From the IMG/VR virus record IMGVR_UViG_643348551_000007: a stretch of DNA of 35,597 nucleotides; one strand, 5' to 3'. This document shows, one piece after another, positions 8,550 through 18,035 of the stretch. Position numbers and translations under genes: made by a program. Within the stretch, counting starts at the first letter, position 1. Every line of letters starts with the position of its first letter. Origin of the DNA: a virus (lineage: Duplodnaviria; Heunggongvirae; Uroviricota; Caudoviricetes). The notes under the pieces were generated by a model. It was given only the letters and a program-made list of their open reading frames with translations, ran no database searches and was not told where the DNA came from.

Positions 8550-8877
8550 TTCGATGTAATCCTCTTCTCACAGCCCTATCCAGCTCAGAAAGCATTCCTT
8601 CTTTATAATTCACTCCATCTAAAGATGTTCTGCTATAAAATTCATTCGGAGATGAAAAAAGAGGCAATATATTCTCTAGCATACCCAAAAAGTATGAGCT
8701 TGACACAACCACACCATTCGGAATTGATAGAAAAATCCTATCATTGTTATCAAAAGTAAAGCGATCTATGCCAAAGAAACTATATGCCTTGCGACCATTA
8801 TCACGCCCAGCAAATAATTTCTTGCCGCCATCTTTAACTAATTTATTGAAATCTATATAAATATTTGCCATTTTCAT
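8533..8877 (-). CDS. Small STAS-like (DUF4325-like) protein, second gene of the cargo operon
   Basis: 114 aa; segment FLSIPNGVVVSSSYFLGMLENIL resembles the DUF4325/STAS-like signature (hydrophobic-x-SSSF-x-D/E-L), a family typically encoded next to GHKL ATPases; starts 11 bp after the ATPase stop. Confidence 0.6.
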   Translation of the reverse strand: MKMANIYIDFNKLVKDGGKKLFAGRDNGRKAYSFFGIDRFTFDNNDRIFLSIPNGVVVSSSYFLGMLENILPLFSSPNEFYSRTSLDGVNYKEGMLSELDRAVRRGLHRNVPFF

Positions 8878-8888
8878 TTACCTATTCC

Positions 8889-10265
8889 TCAGGTTCTTTG
8901 AGTTGCATTTTCCGGTAAAGGAAAACGTATATTAATCATAACTCCCGGAAAACGGGCTTTCTGCATACACTTAAGATAGGTACGATCTGGTTCAGATTCA
9001 AGCCCTGTATTATTAAATGGATAAGTGAATTTGTCACTTTGGTTATCTAACGTTTGCTTTTTCAACTTATAAGAACCATCAAAGTTTATATGTGTGCATC
9101 CAGAAATTAAAGACATTCTGATGTTTCCACTTAGTTCTTTGGATAGTTCTTTTAAACTATCATGCATATCCTGGAAAAACTTCAATAGTTCAATGGTTCC
9201 CGTACCAGAACTATCTGTCTCCGTTTCATTTTTACAACTAACCCGCCCCTGCAAAGCAGCGACTGTAATCAAACCTTCTCTAAACATCCCTTTTTTATTT
9301 ATGTGTTTTTCCACATAAGGGATTATGTGATTGTTATATGAATAATGTTCTAAAGAAAGTCCTGAAAAAGTTTCATCAATAGTTTTTCCAAAGTTAAAAA
9401 CAGCTATTTCACATGTTGGCTGTTTTAAGCCATTATTTACAAACCCCCTCAAATACCAACGCGGACGCTGCTCAAGCCCACAATGTCTCTCTGCATTATC
9501 AAGTAATTCGCCCATGCAAGATGTTAGATGGTTTTCTGCCTTGCTAACTAATTTTAATTGATGATCACTTAGACACTCGTTTATATAATTAGTGAATTTC
9601 TCAGACATTCTATTTTTGGTATCTTGTGCAAATGCAGACGCATTTTCCTTGCCGATACTATCAGCAGAGAATATTCTTTTCTTAGGGTTATCTTTTTTCG
9701 ATTTTTCTGTTTCATCATGCACCTTCCCTGGCGTCACTTTATTTATTTCTTTAACCAACCCGATGTCACGAATAATTTCTAAATATTTTTCATCCTTCGG
9801 ATAAATGCCATTAAGTTGTACTTGAGCATCTTTTAAATTTATATTGTGACGTTTGGCTGAGCTCAGTGCAACACCAAGGAGACATTCCGCACCTAAACAA
9901 TGCTTTTTATTTTTAGTATAATCAAGCAAATATGATTTACGTTTACCCCTGGCAATCAATCTAGTTACACCATGAATAAACAAAAGAGATTTTTCTGGAT
10001 GATCAAACAAATCGAAATATTTAGGTATTATTATTCTATCTTCTTTGCGACGAAGAGTTGCAGTATCATATTTCTTTACGGATGAAATACTTTCAATAAA
10101 AGTAGCCACCTGACTTTTCACTGGTGTTACTTCGTCAGAAAAATGTAACCTTTCATAGGCTTTATATTTAATTCTTCTTTTATTTTTTCTCTCAACGCCT
10201 TTTAAAAAGCGAATCCAACCACGTAAAAAGCGTTTTCTTGCATCCTTTTTATCTATTTTTTTCAC
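8889..10265 (-). CDS. GHKL-superfamily (histidine/serine-kinase-like) ATPase, first gene of the cargo operon
   Basis: 458 aa; Bergerat-fold N-box ELLDNAERH and glycine-rich DSSGTGT downstream; lysine-rich N-terminal region of about 240 aa; apparent GTG start with AAGGTG Shine-Dalgarno; AT-rich. Confidence 0.7.
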   Translation of the reverse strand: MKKIDKKDARKRFLRGWIRFLKGVERKNKRRIKYKAYERLHFSDEVTPVKSQVATFIESISSVKKYDTATLRRKEDRIIIPKYFDLFDHPEKSLLFIHGVTRLIARGKRKSYLLDYTKNKKHCLGAECLLGVALSSAKRHNINLKDAQVQLNGIYPKDEKYLEIIRDIGLVKEINKVTPGKVHDETEKSKKDNPKKRIFSADSIGKENASAFAQDTKNRMSEKFTNYINECLSDHQLKLVSKAENHLTSCMGELLDNAERHCGLEQRPRWYLRGFVNNGLKQPTCEIAVFNFGKTIDETFSGLSLEHYSYNNHIIPYVEKHINKKGMFREGLITVAALQGRVSCKNETETDSSGTGTIELLKFFQDMHDSLKELSKELSGNIRMSLISGCTHINFDGSYKLKKQTLDNQSDKFTYPFNNTGLESEPDRTYLKCMQKARFPGVMINIRFPLPENATQRT

Positions 10266-10299
10266 AATTCACCTTACTTAACAAACATCTATACTACTT

Positions 10300-10340
10300 C
10301 ATTGCAAAGTATACATATCACTTGCTAATACACAATATGG
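10300..10340 (-). promoter_or_regulatory. Candidate sigma70 promoter for the cargo operon
   Basis: On the minus strand TTGTGT - 16 nt - TATACT about 40-70 nt upstream of the GTG start at 10265; sequence inspection only. Confidence 0.25.
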
Positions 10341-10485
10341 CTTCGAGATAATCCGCAGCATCTGCACAATAGTGCACAAATTTGCACAATTTTTTTGAAC
10401 GACTTTTTGCCCTTCCGGCCCGCATGGCGGCTGGATCCGTCAAGGATCCGTGCGTGCACAAAAAAACACACTTTTTCTGCGCGCA

Positions 10486-10504
10486 GGTGACGGGGGAACA
10501 GCCC
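10486..10504. other. Putative cos (cohesive end) site region
   Basis: GGTGACGGGGGAACAGCCC matches about 13 of 19 positions of the P2 cos overhang as I recall it (GGCGAGGCGGGGAAAGCAC); lies in the noncoding gap between the tin/old slot and Q where P2 cos is located. Confidence 0.2.
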
Positions 10505-10813
10505 GCGTTTCAGGGGGTAAATAGCATTCCCTGAACGATGTCGCAGAGATACAACAGAATGGCTGTATTTCTCACGCTGAGCGTGAAAAAGACGTGAGAG
10601 CTTTTGATTTGATGGGGTGAAAGGTAAGGCCGTCAAAATCGCACTGAGACGGCGAGAACATGCAGTCAACGCGGTGGGATTGCGTAAGAGTCTGACTGTC
10701 GATGATGGCAATCAGCAGGAAAGCGTCGTGAAATTATCTGACTGATACAGGAGCTGGAGAGTCGGGGCATAAATTTTTTATGCCCCGGCGAAGCAGCAGA
10801 CAAGCGAAGCGCG

Positions 10814-11860
10814 TCAGGATGTGGGCTGGGTGTCTAACAGTGCGTAAGGGTTAAAGCGGATCACCTCTTCGCCAAGCCAGTCATTGATGTGCTTCATGGC
10901 CTCCATGACGGGCATCAGCTCGTTAATTGCGTAAACCCGCGCGGCCTTCTCCACATCACCAAACGCACTTTTTTCGCCCGGCATTGCCCCCATCAGTTGC
11001 GGCGGAACGCGGTGCGCAGCCAGCACATCATCACGGGATGCCGCCTTAACATTCATGAACTCATCCTTTGCGGTGATCTGCTGGAACGGCAAAATTTGCA
11101 CCCCCTCTTTGCCCCCGTTGGGCGCATGAATGAGCACGTTTTTAAACGCACCACCACCACGTGCCCCCTGTAGCGTTTCTTTCAGGGAGTCCATGCTTTC
11201 GCGGTTTACCTGCGCTGCACCGATGTAGATGATGCACCCGGCGTGGGATCCGTTGTCGTAATACAGTTTTCTGAACATGTCCGCCGAATGAGACAGGCTG
11301 GCCGAGAGTAATGCGCCAAGATATTCCGGCATGCCGTAGATTTCCTGGTTAATATCCGGATTCATCAGGTGGCACACTTTGCCAGGGCGAAACTGGAACG
11401 CGTCCTTGCCATCCTGCACATACCACCATGATTCAAGATCGCTTCCGCGTCGCATGTATTTCGCCAGGGCGTGCCGTAATTTAAGCGGTTCACCGAGCAT
11501 ATTGCTTCGAAGCTCAAGGAATGCGTTACCGAACACAAACCAGTCCAGCGCCAGCGCCGAGAAATCCTGCCGGGAAAGCAGCGGGTGCGGAATATAGCAA
11601 CCGAGCAATACATTGCGCTTAAAGTAAAGCGCAGACTGATGCCAGGACGTTTGCCGGGCAGCTCTTGCCAGACCGTACCAGTCCACCGGGGTTTCATACC
11701 ACCGCCCGTTATCAGCACAGTACATATTGTCCAGCAGGTCATGCCCGGTCAGGCGATAAGGACCATCAAATGTGAATGCACTGAGCGATGATTCTTTCCT
11801 GAGCGCATCAGCGAGATCAATGCGTGAACTCATGCGCACTTTTTTATTTTTTCTGCTCAT
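10814..11860 (-). CDS. Q: Portal protein
   Basis: ORF track; 348 aa (P2 Q is 344 aa); leftward gene pair with terminase next to cos, as in P2. Confidence 0.9.
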   Translation of the reverse strand: MSRKNKKVRMSSRIDLADALRKESSLSAFTFDGPYRLTGHDLLDNMYCADNGRWYETPVDWYGLARAARQTSWHQSALYFKRNVLLGCYIPHPLLSRQDFSALALDWFVFGNAFLELRSNMLGEPLKLRHALAKYMRRGSDLESWWYVQDGKDAFQFRPGKVCHLMNPDINQEIYGMPEYLGALLSASLSHSADMFRKLYYDNGSHAGCIIYIGAAQVNRESMDSLKETLQGARGGGAFKNVLIHAPNGGKEGVQILPFQQITAKDEFMNVKAASRDDVLAAHRVPPQLMGAMPGEKSAFGDVEKAARVYAINELMPVMEAMKHINDWLGEEVIRFNPYALLDTQPTS

Positions 11861-13611
11861 CAGAACTCCATAACCGTGAAACGCTCGTTTTCTCCTTCGC
11901 CGCCAATCGGTTCGTTAATGACAGCAAGCATGGTCGCCCACGCAAGGTCGCCGTGGCTGATCCCCCTCGCGCGGTCCGTTTCGTAAGTGATAAAGCCGCC
12001 CGGTGTTTTCACCTTACGCACGGCGTTAAAGGCCGCGACCAGTTCGCGTTCGGCGCGATCGTATTCCCACCGCCCGGCACGCATTATTTGCAGCATTTTC
12101 AGTACCAGCGACCGTTTTGATGACAGCGTGAAGGTGTACGGAATAGCAGCAGGGAAAAACCGTTTCACTATCTGATAAACAGCCTCCCCGTTCCCGCCCG
12201 TCACATCAATGCCGATGTGTTCCACGTTGTAGCGACACGTGAACTCTTCAATGACTCTGGCCTGTTCTTCAAACTCCAGCCCCTGAACGCGTCGCGTCTC
12301 CACCGTTCGAAAACGGCCACCAGGAACAGCCGGAGGAACCACCACGGACACAGCGCCGCTGTCGCCGTTGCCACTGCTGCCGTTTGCGTCATACCCAATC
12401 CATACCGGACGATTTCCCATCGGGCGGGGAGCAAAAGGTTTCCAGTCTTTCCAGTCGTCGTATCCGTCAACGCCGCAGCCAATCAGGATATTCAGGTTAA
12501 ATGCCGATTCCCCTTCGCGGACAAACTCACACATATAGAGATTGCGGAACTCGTCTTCGGTGTTTTCATCACGAATTTCATCAATATCGGTGTGTTTCCA
12601 GCCGTGATTAACCACATCTTCCAGCGTGACAATTTGCCGCCACGTCCGGTCGGGGCAGATAAGCCCGTTATGCAGCGTTTTCCAGTCCACAGAAAAACGC
12701 TGGCGTTTATGCGCGGCCTTTTTCTCGTTCCAGCGGTCGCCGTTCCAGTAGACGTATGCCTCGTGCGTTTCGGTTGATGGCGTGGAGAAGTAGGTGCGCC
12801 GCAGTCCGCTGAGGGTTGCCATAGCGCCAGCCACCTTGCGCAGTTCAGCAAAGCGACTGACCCAGAAAAATTCATCAAAATAAAAATTGCCTGTGTAGGA
12901 CTGTGCCGTCGCAGCAGAAGTACCGAGAAAATGCAGTTCTGCGCCGTTGGAGAGGATGATTTTATCGCCCCCTTTCAGCTCCACATCAACTTCAGCCGCG
13001 GCCTTCTGAATAATGCTTTTAAACTGGAACGCCTGACGACGCGACGCAGACAAAAAAATCTGGTTACGCTGGTAAGGTTGTGCCACATCGTCACGCAGCG
13101 CCATCAGCAGTGCTTCCTGTGCAAAATACCAGGTCGCCCCAATCTGTCGGGATTTCAGGATCATCCTGTTACGTATCCCGGCTTCACTGCAAAGGGTCAG
13201 GGAGTCAAACCAGCCCCGCTGATGCCACTCCAGCCTGCTGATGATTTTTTCCCGCAGTGCGGCAATCTGCTCCGGCGTGAAATGATTTTTAAGTTTTTTC
13301 GCCCGGCCTTTCTTTCCTGTGGCCGTCGCATCCGGCTGGCCATCATGCAGTTTTTTAAGCTGCCGGGTCAGCAGGTCTATTTCCTTAAAGTCACCACCTG
13401 TTTTATTCTGTTTTTCAGTAAGCTGGATGAGGCGCGCATCGATGGACTGCGTGACACGCTGCACGGGTGGCGTTTCATCCCACTGGTCGCGTTTTTTCCA
13501 CGCATAAATCGTGTTCGGGTTTATTCCCATCAGACGTGATATTTCTGCGGGCGGATAACCCTGCCAGTAAAGTTGCCGCGCACGCTGGCGCACAAAAGCG
13601 TCCTGAATCAT
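11860..13611 (-). CDS. P: Terminase large (ATPase) subunit
   Basis: ORF track; 583 aa (P2 P about 590 aa); stop overlaps Q start. Confidence 0.92.
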   Translation of the reverse strand: MIQDAFVRQRARQLYWQGYPPAEISRLMGINPNTIYAWKKRDQWDETPPVQRVTQSIDARLIQLTEKQNKTGGDFKEIDLLTRQLKKLHDGQPDATATGKKGRAKKLKNHFTPEQIAALREKIISRLEWHQRGWFDSLTLCSEAGIRNRMILKSRQIGATWYFAQEALLMALRDDVAQPYQRNQIFLSASRRQAFQFKSIIQKAAAEVDVELKGGDKIILSNGAELHFLGTSAATAQSYTGNFYFDEFFWVSRFAELRKVAGAMATLSGLRRTYFSTPSTETHEAYVYWNGDRWNEKKAAHKRQRFSVDWKTLHNGLICPDRTWRQIVTLEDVVNHGWKHTDIDEIRDENTEDEFRNLYMCEFVREGESAFNLNILIGCGVDGYDDWKDWKPFAPRPMGNRPVWIGYDANGSSGNGDSGAVSVVVPPAVPGGRFRTVETRRVQGLEFEEQARVIEEFTCRYNVEHIGIDVTGGNGEAVYQIVKRFFPAAIPYTFTLSSKRSLVLKMLQIMRAGRWEYDRAERELVAAFNAVRKVKTPGGFITYETDRARGISHGDLAWATMLAVINEPIGGEGENERFTVMEF

Positions 13612-13765
13612 TGCTCCCCCTGAGTAATTACAGGAAGATTACCCGCGCGCGAAACCGTTCTCCTTAACCCCCTGTTCTGGCCGTTTTCTTACAACAAAAG
13701 CCCTTTGTATCAGCCTGTTACGCTTTGCCATCATGACTGAAGAACCAGTCAGAGGGGCAAAAACT
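13612..13765. promoter_or_regulatory. Divergent late promoter region (P_P / P_O equivalent)
   Basis: Noncoding gap between divergent P and O, where P2 has its Ogr-dependent late promoters; imperfect dyad TGT-N15-ACA at about 13673-13693. Confidence 0.45.
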
Positions 13766-14602
13766 ATGGCTAATGAAAAAAAGACATCCCGCAAAAAGTT
13801 TCGCGTGGCTGTCTCCGGATCAACTGTTGATGGCCGTGAAATCAGTCCGGTGCATCTGCGTGAAGCCGCCGAGAACTTCAACCCGGATGTTTACGCTGCC
13901 CGCGTGAACGTTGAGCACTATCTCTCGCCATGCCCGTCAAGCGAATTTTCCGCAATGGGCGATGTCACCGCACTGAGTACGGAAGACATTACGGAAGGTC
14001 CGCTGGCCGGACGTACTGCGCTGTATGCAGAAATCGAACCGACCGAGCGCATGAAGCAGCTTGTCGCGGACGGCAAGAAAATCTATTCCAGTATCGAACT
14101 GCACCCGCAGTTCTCCGTTAACGGGCGCGCCTATCTGGTCGGGCTGGCGATGACCGACACCCCGGCAAGCCTGGGCACTGAGCGCCTGAAATTCACGGCA
14201 CAGCAACGTCAGGCGGTGATGACGTTCAACAGTGTCCAGGGTGAAGCACCGCTCATTTCCGAAGCCATCGAGTCTGAAATCATCGAAATGGCAGAACAAC
14301 GCCAGGAAGAAGGCACCCAGTGGTTTAACCGCGTAATGGGGATTATTGGTCGTGGCCGCAAAGCGGATGACGCCAGTTTCTCCCGTATTCAGGAAGCGGT
14401 GGAAGGCGTCGCAACGTCACAGGCCGACATTATCGACCGTTTTAATGTGCTGGAAACCCGCCATCAGCAGGACCGCCAGAAAATCACGTCACTGACCACA
14501 GAGCTGACAGCACTGAAGGAAAAACTGCGCACGCAGGACGGCGATCCGCAGAACCGCTTCACCGCAACGGGCGCAGCCTCCGACCAGCTGGCTGACTTCT
14601 GA
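13766..14602 (+). CDS. O: Capsid scaffolding protein
   Basis: ORF track 13733..14602; N-terminus MANEKKTSRKKFRVAVSGSTVDGREI matches the P2 gpO start (FFRIGVEGDTCDGRVI), so start set at ATG 13766. Confidence 0.88.
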   Translation: MANEKKTSRKKFRVAVSGSTVDGREISPVHLREAAENFNPDVYAARVNVEHYLSPCPSSEFSAMGDVTALSTEDITEGPLAGRTALYAEIEPTERMKQLVADGKKIYSSIELHPQFSVNGRAYLVGLAMTDTPASLGTERLKFTAQQRQAVMTFNSVQGEAPLISEAIESEIIEMAEQRQEEGTQWFNRVMGIIGRGRKADDASFSRIQEAVEGVATSQADIIDRFNVLETRHQQDRQKITSLTTELTALKEKLRTQDGDPQNRFTATGAASDQLADF

Positions 14603-14624
14603 TAAGACAAAGGAGCAAATTTTT

Positions 14625-15677
14625 ATGAATCTGGTGATGTCAGATATTACCCGCAACAAGCTGGGTTGCTATATGGCGCAGCAGGCGTCGCTTAACAATA
14701 TCCCGGTATCTGCACTGGTATCGCGATTTACCGTAGAACCCTCGGTGCAGCAGCGTTTTGAAAACGCAGTAAAGGAGAGCACTGAATTTACAAAAAAAAT
14801 TAACGTGTTCGGTGTGACTGACCAGAAAGGCGAAAAAATCCTCCTGGACACCACCGGGCCGATTGCGCGCACGAATACCAGTTATGACGGCACAAAACGC
14901 CGTAACCCGAATAACGTGGTTGATCTGAAAAACCGCAAATACCAGTGCGAACAGGTGAACTACGACACGTTTATTTCGTATCCGCAGCTTGATGCCTGGG
15001 CGGCACACCCTGATTTTCAGTCCCGCGTCAGCACACAGATTGCCCGGCAGGTGGCGCTTGACCGCATCATGATCGGTTTCAACGGCACGTCTCACGCAGA
15101 TGAGTCCAACTTCAGCACTAACAAGCTGCTTCAGGACGTTAACGTGGGATGGCTGGAGCACATCAGAACCGACGCCAGCGAGCGCGTTATGAATGATGTA
15201 ACGCTGACCTCCCGCAACATGGACAACACCGTGGCGCACGCGGGTAAATATGCGAACGCTGATGCACTGGTACAGGACGCGCGCTCATCCCTGCTGGATG
15301 AATGGCACAAGGAAGCTGACGACCTCGTGGTGATTATGGGGCGCAACCTGTTTAACTCGCTGCGTCTGCCCGTGCTGAACAGCATCAGCGGCCAGAATCC
15401 CAATGCGGAATTACTTGCCGGACAGCTCATCCTGTCATCGCGCGCCATTGGCGGGCTGGATGTATTCCTTGCGCCGTTCTTCCCGGATGCAACGATGCTG
15501 ATCACCTCGTTCAACAACCTGTCAATTTACTGGCAGAAAGGAACAATGCGTCGCCTGATGAAAGACGAGCCGGAATACAACCGCATCGCCACCTACCAGT
15601 CCATCAATGACGCTTATGTCGTTGAAGACTATGGCAAGTGCGCGATGGTCACTGGCCTGAAGTTCGCCGACAGCTAA
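14625..15677 (+). CDS. N: Major capsid protein
   Basis: ORF track; 350 aa; SRFTVEPSVQQ, GEKI and LSIY motifs align with P2 gpN. Confidence 0.92.
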   Translation: MNLVMSDITRNKLGCYMAQQASLNNIPVSALVSRFTVEPSVQQRFENAVKESTEFTKKINVFGVTDQKGEKILLDTTGPIARTNTSYDGTKRRNPNNVVDLKNRKYQCEQVNYDTFISYPQLDAWAAHPDFQSRVSTQIARQVALDRIMIGFNGTSHADESNFSTNKLLQDVNVGWLEHIRTDASERVMNDVTLTSRNMDNTVAHAGKYANADALVQDARSSLLDEWHKEADDLVVIMGRNLFNSLRLPVLNSISGQNPNAELLAGQLILSSRAIGGLDVFLAPFFPDATMLITSFNNLSIYWQKGTMRRLMKDEPEYNRIATYQSINDAYVVEDYGKCAMVTGLKFADS

Positions 15678-15686
15678 TCACCTCAC

Positions 15687-15705
15687 GGCGGGCATCATGC
15701 CCGCC
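15687..15705 (+). terminator. Hairpin after the capsid gene (attenuator candidate, no U-tract)
   Basis: GGCGGGC-atcat-GCCCGCC immediately after the N stop. Confidence 0.3.
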
Positions 15706-15722
15706 TGTAACGGAGAGAAAAA

Positions 15723-16523
15723 ATGATTACTCCTGCACAGCAACACTGGCAGAACGTGATGGCACAGCGCGCAGGCCGGGCGAATGAAGGCGTGGACCAC
15801 GCCGCGCGTACCGCGCATGAAGAGGTGCTGTATCGTCTGCGTCTGGCACAGGCCCGGCTTAAGGGCGTACAGGCCAGAAGCGCGAAAGCCGCCATCAAAA
15901 AAGAGTTATTGCCGGACTTTTCCGGCTGGATTGAGGGAACGCTGGAGGCTGACGGCGGGCAGCAGGATGAAGTGATTGCCACGCTGATGGTCTGGGCGAT
16001 TGACTGCGGCGATCTTCCGCTGGCGCTGCGTATTGGTGCATATGTGGTCCGTCACAACCTCATCATGCCGGATAACTTTGGACGTACTGCTGCCACGGTA
16101 CTGACCGAAGAAATCTGTAATCCGGTACTGACGCAGGCCGGGACGGATGCCGACGCGGATTTGTCCGCCTTTATCGAACCACTGGACACCCTCCGGGAGA
16201 TTGTCACCGACCAGGACATGCCGGACGAAGTGCGCGCCAAATTATGCAAAGCGTGCGCCTTTGCCCGCCGTGGCCTGAGTGATACGGACAGCATGGCCCT
16301 GTCACTGAAGCTGCTGCGCGAAGCAATGCACCTGAACCCGAACGCAGGTGTGAAACGCGAGATTGCAACCCTTTCCCGCGCCCTGAAAAAAGCCGATTCC
16401 GCAGCCGCACCAGAAGACGCCAGCGCACAGCAGACGCAGGACGAAAGCAGCAAAAGTAAAAAGACAACGCGGAAGCCTGCAACACGAAAAACCACTGCGA
16501 CGCAGAAGGCGAAGCGCGGTTAA
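15723..16523 (+). CDS. M: Terminase small (endonuclease) subunit
   Basis: ORF track; KKELLP and DMPDEVRAKL motifs shared with P2 gpM; basic C-terminal tail. Confidence 0.88.
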   Translation: MITPAQQHWQNVMAQRAGRANEGVDHAARTAHEEVLYRLRLAQARLKGVQARSAKAAIKKELLPDFSGWIEGTLEADGGQQDEVIATLMVWAIDCGDLPLALRIGAYVVRHNLIMPDNFGRTAATVLTEEICNPVLTQAGTDADADLSAFIEPLDTLREIVTDQDMPDEVRAKLCKACAFARRGLSDTDSMALSLKLLREAMHLNPNAGVKREIATLSRALKKADSAAAPEDASAQQTQDESSKSKKTTRKPATRKTTATQKAKRG

Positions 16524-16540
16524 CGACTGACCCCGTCAGC

Positions 16541-16611
16541 GGGCGGCGTGCGCGGTGTTCCGGTTTGACTCCGTGACCGTTTACACCGCGCACCCACCGC
16601 CCGATTTTTTT
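16541..16611 (+). terminator. Compound hairpin followed by T7 run between M and L (terminator or attenuator)
   Basis: GGGCGG/CCGCCC and GTGCGCGGTGT/ACACCGCGCAC stems (16541-16602) followed by TTTTTTT (16605-16611). Confidence 0.45.
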
Positions 16612-16625
16612 CAGGAGTGAACCCC

Positions 16626-17120
16626 ATGAGTATGGTTGCCAGAACTGAACCCAGACCCGCAGAGGACGACATCACCGATACCGATGATGGCGATACCCGC
16701 ATTTCAGCGGGTGCATTCTGGCCGGATATTGTGCTGCGCGAGCTGCGTCTGGCGGTACGACTGCCGGGCCGCGTGACCACCTCCCGCCTGCTGCATACTG
16801 CCACCGGGGCTGTGGCACACGTTACCCGCGAGCTGGAAGCATGGCAGCAGGAACAGCAGGCAGCTGGCCATCAGACGCTGGCCGATGTTCCGGCACCCGT
16901 AATTAACGGAGAAAGCGTCAATCTCTGGCACTGGCGCAATGCTGTTTATACCGCCACGCGCGCCCTGATTCTGGAGCGTTACCGCGATGCGGACACAACG
17001 GACAAGGGCGACCGCCGGGCGGACGCACTGGATATACAGACATCGGATTTGTGGCGCGATGTGAGCTGGGCCATCTCTGACATTCTGTGCCGCCCGCGAA
17101 TCTTTGCGGAATTGTGCTGA
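16626..17120 (+). CDS. L: Capsid completion protein
   Basis: ORF track 16617..17120; first ATG at 16626 with CAGGAG Shine-Dalgarno; position and size match P2 gpL. Confidence 0.8.
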   Translation: MSMVARTEPRPAEDDITDTDDGDTRISAGAFWPDIVLRELRLAVRLPGRVTTSRLLHTATGAVAHVTRELEAWQQEQQAAGHQTLADVPAPVINGESVNLWHWRNAVYTATRALILERYRDADTTDKGDRRADALDIQTSDLWRDVSWAISDILCRPRIFAELC

Positions 17121-17320
17121 TGAAAGTGAAGGCACTGGAAGGCGACACCGTGGATTCGCTCTGTTTCCGGTACTACGGCACGACGCAGGGCGTCACCGAA
17201 AAGGTGCTGGATGCCAACCCCGGACTCTGTCAGCAGGTATTTCTGGACGCCGGGCAGGACGTGGAGATGCCGGAGCCGGAGAAGAAGAAACGAGAAATGA
17301 TTCAGTTGTGGGGGGAGTAG
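17120..17320 (+). CDS. X: Tail protein X (LysM-like)
   Basis: 67 aa from ATG 17120 overlapping the L stop; same size and position as P2 gpX. Confidence 0.8.
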   Translation: MKVKALEGDTVDSLCFRYYGTTQGVTEKVLDANPGLCQQVFLDAGQDVEMPEPEKKKREMIQLWGE

Positions 17321-17322
17321 CA

Positions 17323-17646
17323 GTGAGCACCATTCAAACAGGGATCACAGAGCAGGTTATTGCATGGCTCTTTGACCACCTGCCAACGGTGTATGCAGTA
17401 GGCGCGGCGGTCAGCATTTCCGCGCTGATGAGTCTTTATGACGGACGAACACTGGTTCAGACCGTAACGGGATCGCTGGCGTGCGGCGTTCTTGCCATGG
17501 CCGTGGCCGGGTCGTTGCGCTTCTTCGGTTTTCCTGAAGATGCCGTGACGTTTATCGGCGCATCAATCGGTTTCATGGGGGCAGAGAAAGCACGCGACAA
17601 GGTTATTGCGGCCTTTAATCGCAGGGTGAAGGAGAAGGACGAATGA
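17323..17646 (+). CDS. Holin (putative)
   Basis: GTG start after the X stop; hydrophobic segments AVGAAVSISALM and LACGVLAMAVAG; sits in the P2 Y position directly upstream of the endolysin. Confidence 0.6.
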   Translation: MSTIQTGITEQVIAWLFDHLPTVYAVGAAVSISALMSLYDGRTLVQTVTGSLACGVLAMAVAGSLRFFGFPEDAVTFIGASIGFMGAEKARDKVIAAFNRRVKEKDE

Positions 17647-18035
17647 GCAACACATTTAAATTCAGCAGCCGGAGCGAAAAGAATTTGCAGGGCGTAAATC
17701 CTGATCTGGTGAAAGTGACCCGACGGGCACTGGAAATCTCGGAAGTGGATTTTGGTATCACCGAAGGGTTGCGCAGCCGTTACCGCCAGAAGCAACTTGT
17801 GGCCACGGGTAAGAGCCAGACCATGAACAGTCGCCACCTTACGGGGCATGCCGTGGATGTTGTGGCTTATATCGGCAGCCAGGTGTCATGGGAATGGCCG
17901 CTGTACGAAAAAATCGCAGCAGCATTCAGACAGGCCAGCCGGGAACTGAATATTCCGGTGGAATGGGGCGGCGACTGGAAGACCCTGAAAGACGGACCGC
18001 ATTTTCAGTTACCACACGGAGTTTATCCGGCATGA
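17643..18035 (+). CDS. Endolysin, peptidase M15 family (L-alanyl-D-glutamate peptidase type)
   Basis: 130 aa; zinc-peptidase motif SRHLTGHAVDV; follows the holin. Confidence 0.8.
   Translation: MSNTFKFSSRSEKNLQGVNPDLVKVTRRALEISEVDFGITEGLRSRYRQKQLVATGKSQTMNSRHLTGHAVDVVAYIGSQVSWEWPLYEKIAAAFRQASRELNIPVEWGGDWKTLKDGPHFQLPHGVYPA

Noticed and set aside
10325-10711. 128-aa minus-strand ORF in the gap between the cargo operon and Q
   Set aside because: Lies in the region where P2-like phages have the noncoding cos site; Arg/Ser/Cys-rich low-complexity translation, no start context; treated as a spurious ORF.
12217-13539. Plus-strand ORFs 12217..12777 and 12931..13539 inside terminase P
   Set aside because: Antisense to a well-supported terminase gene; no independent support.
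13673-13693. Ogr-binding late promoter dyad (TGT-N12-ACA) as a firm call
   Set aside because: The dyad I can find has N15 spacing and I could not find consistently spaced copies upstream of the other late operons, so it is kept only as a low-confidence note inside the promoter-region feature.
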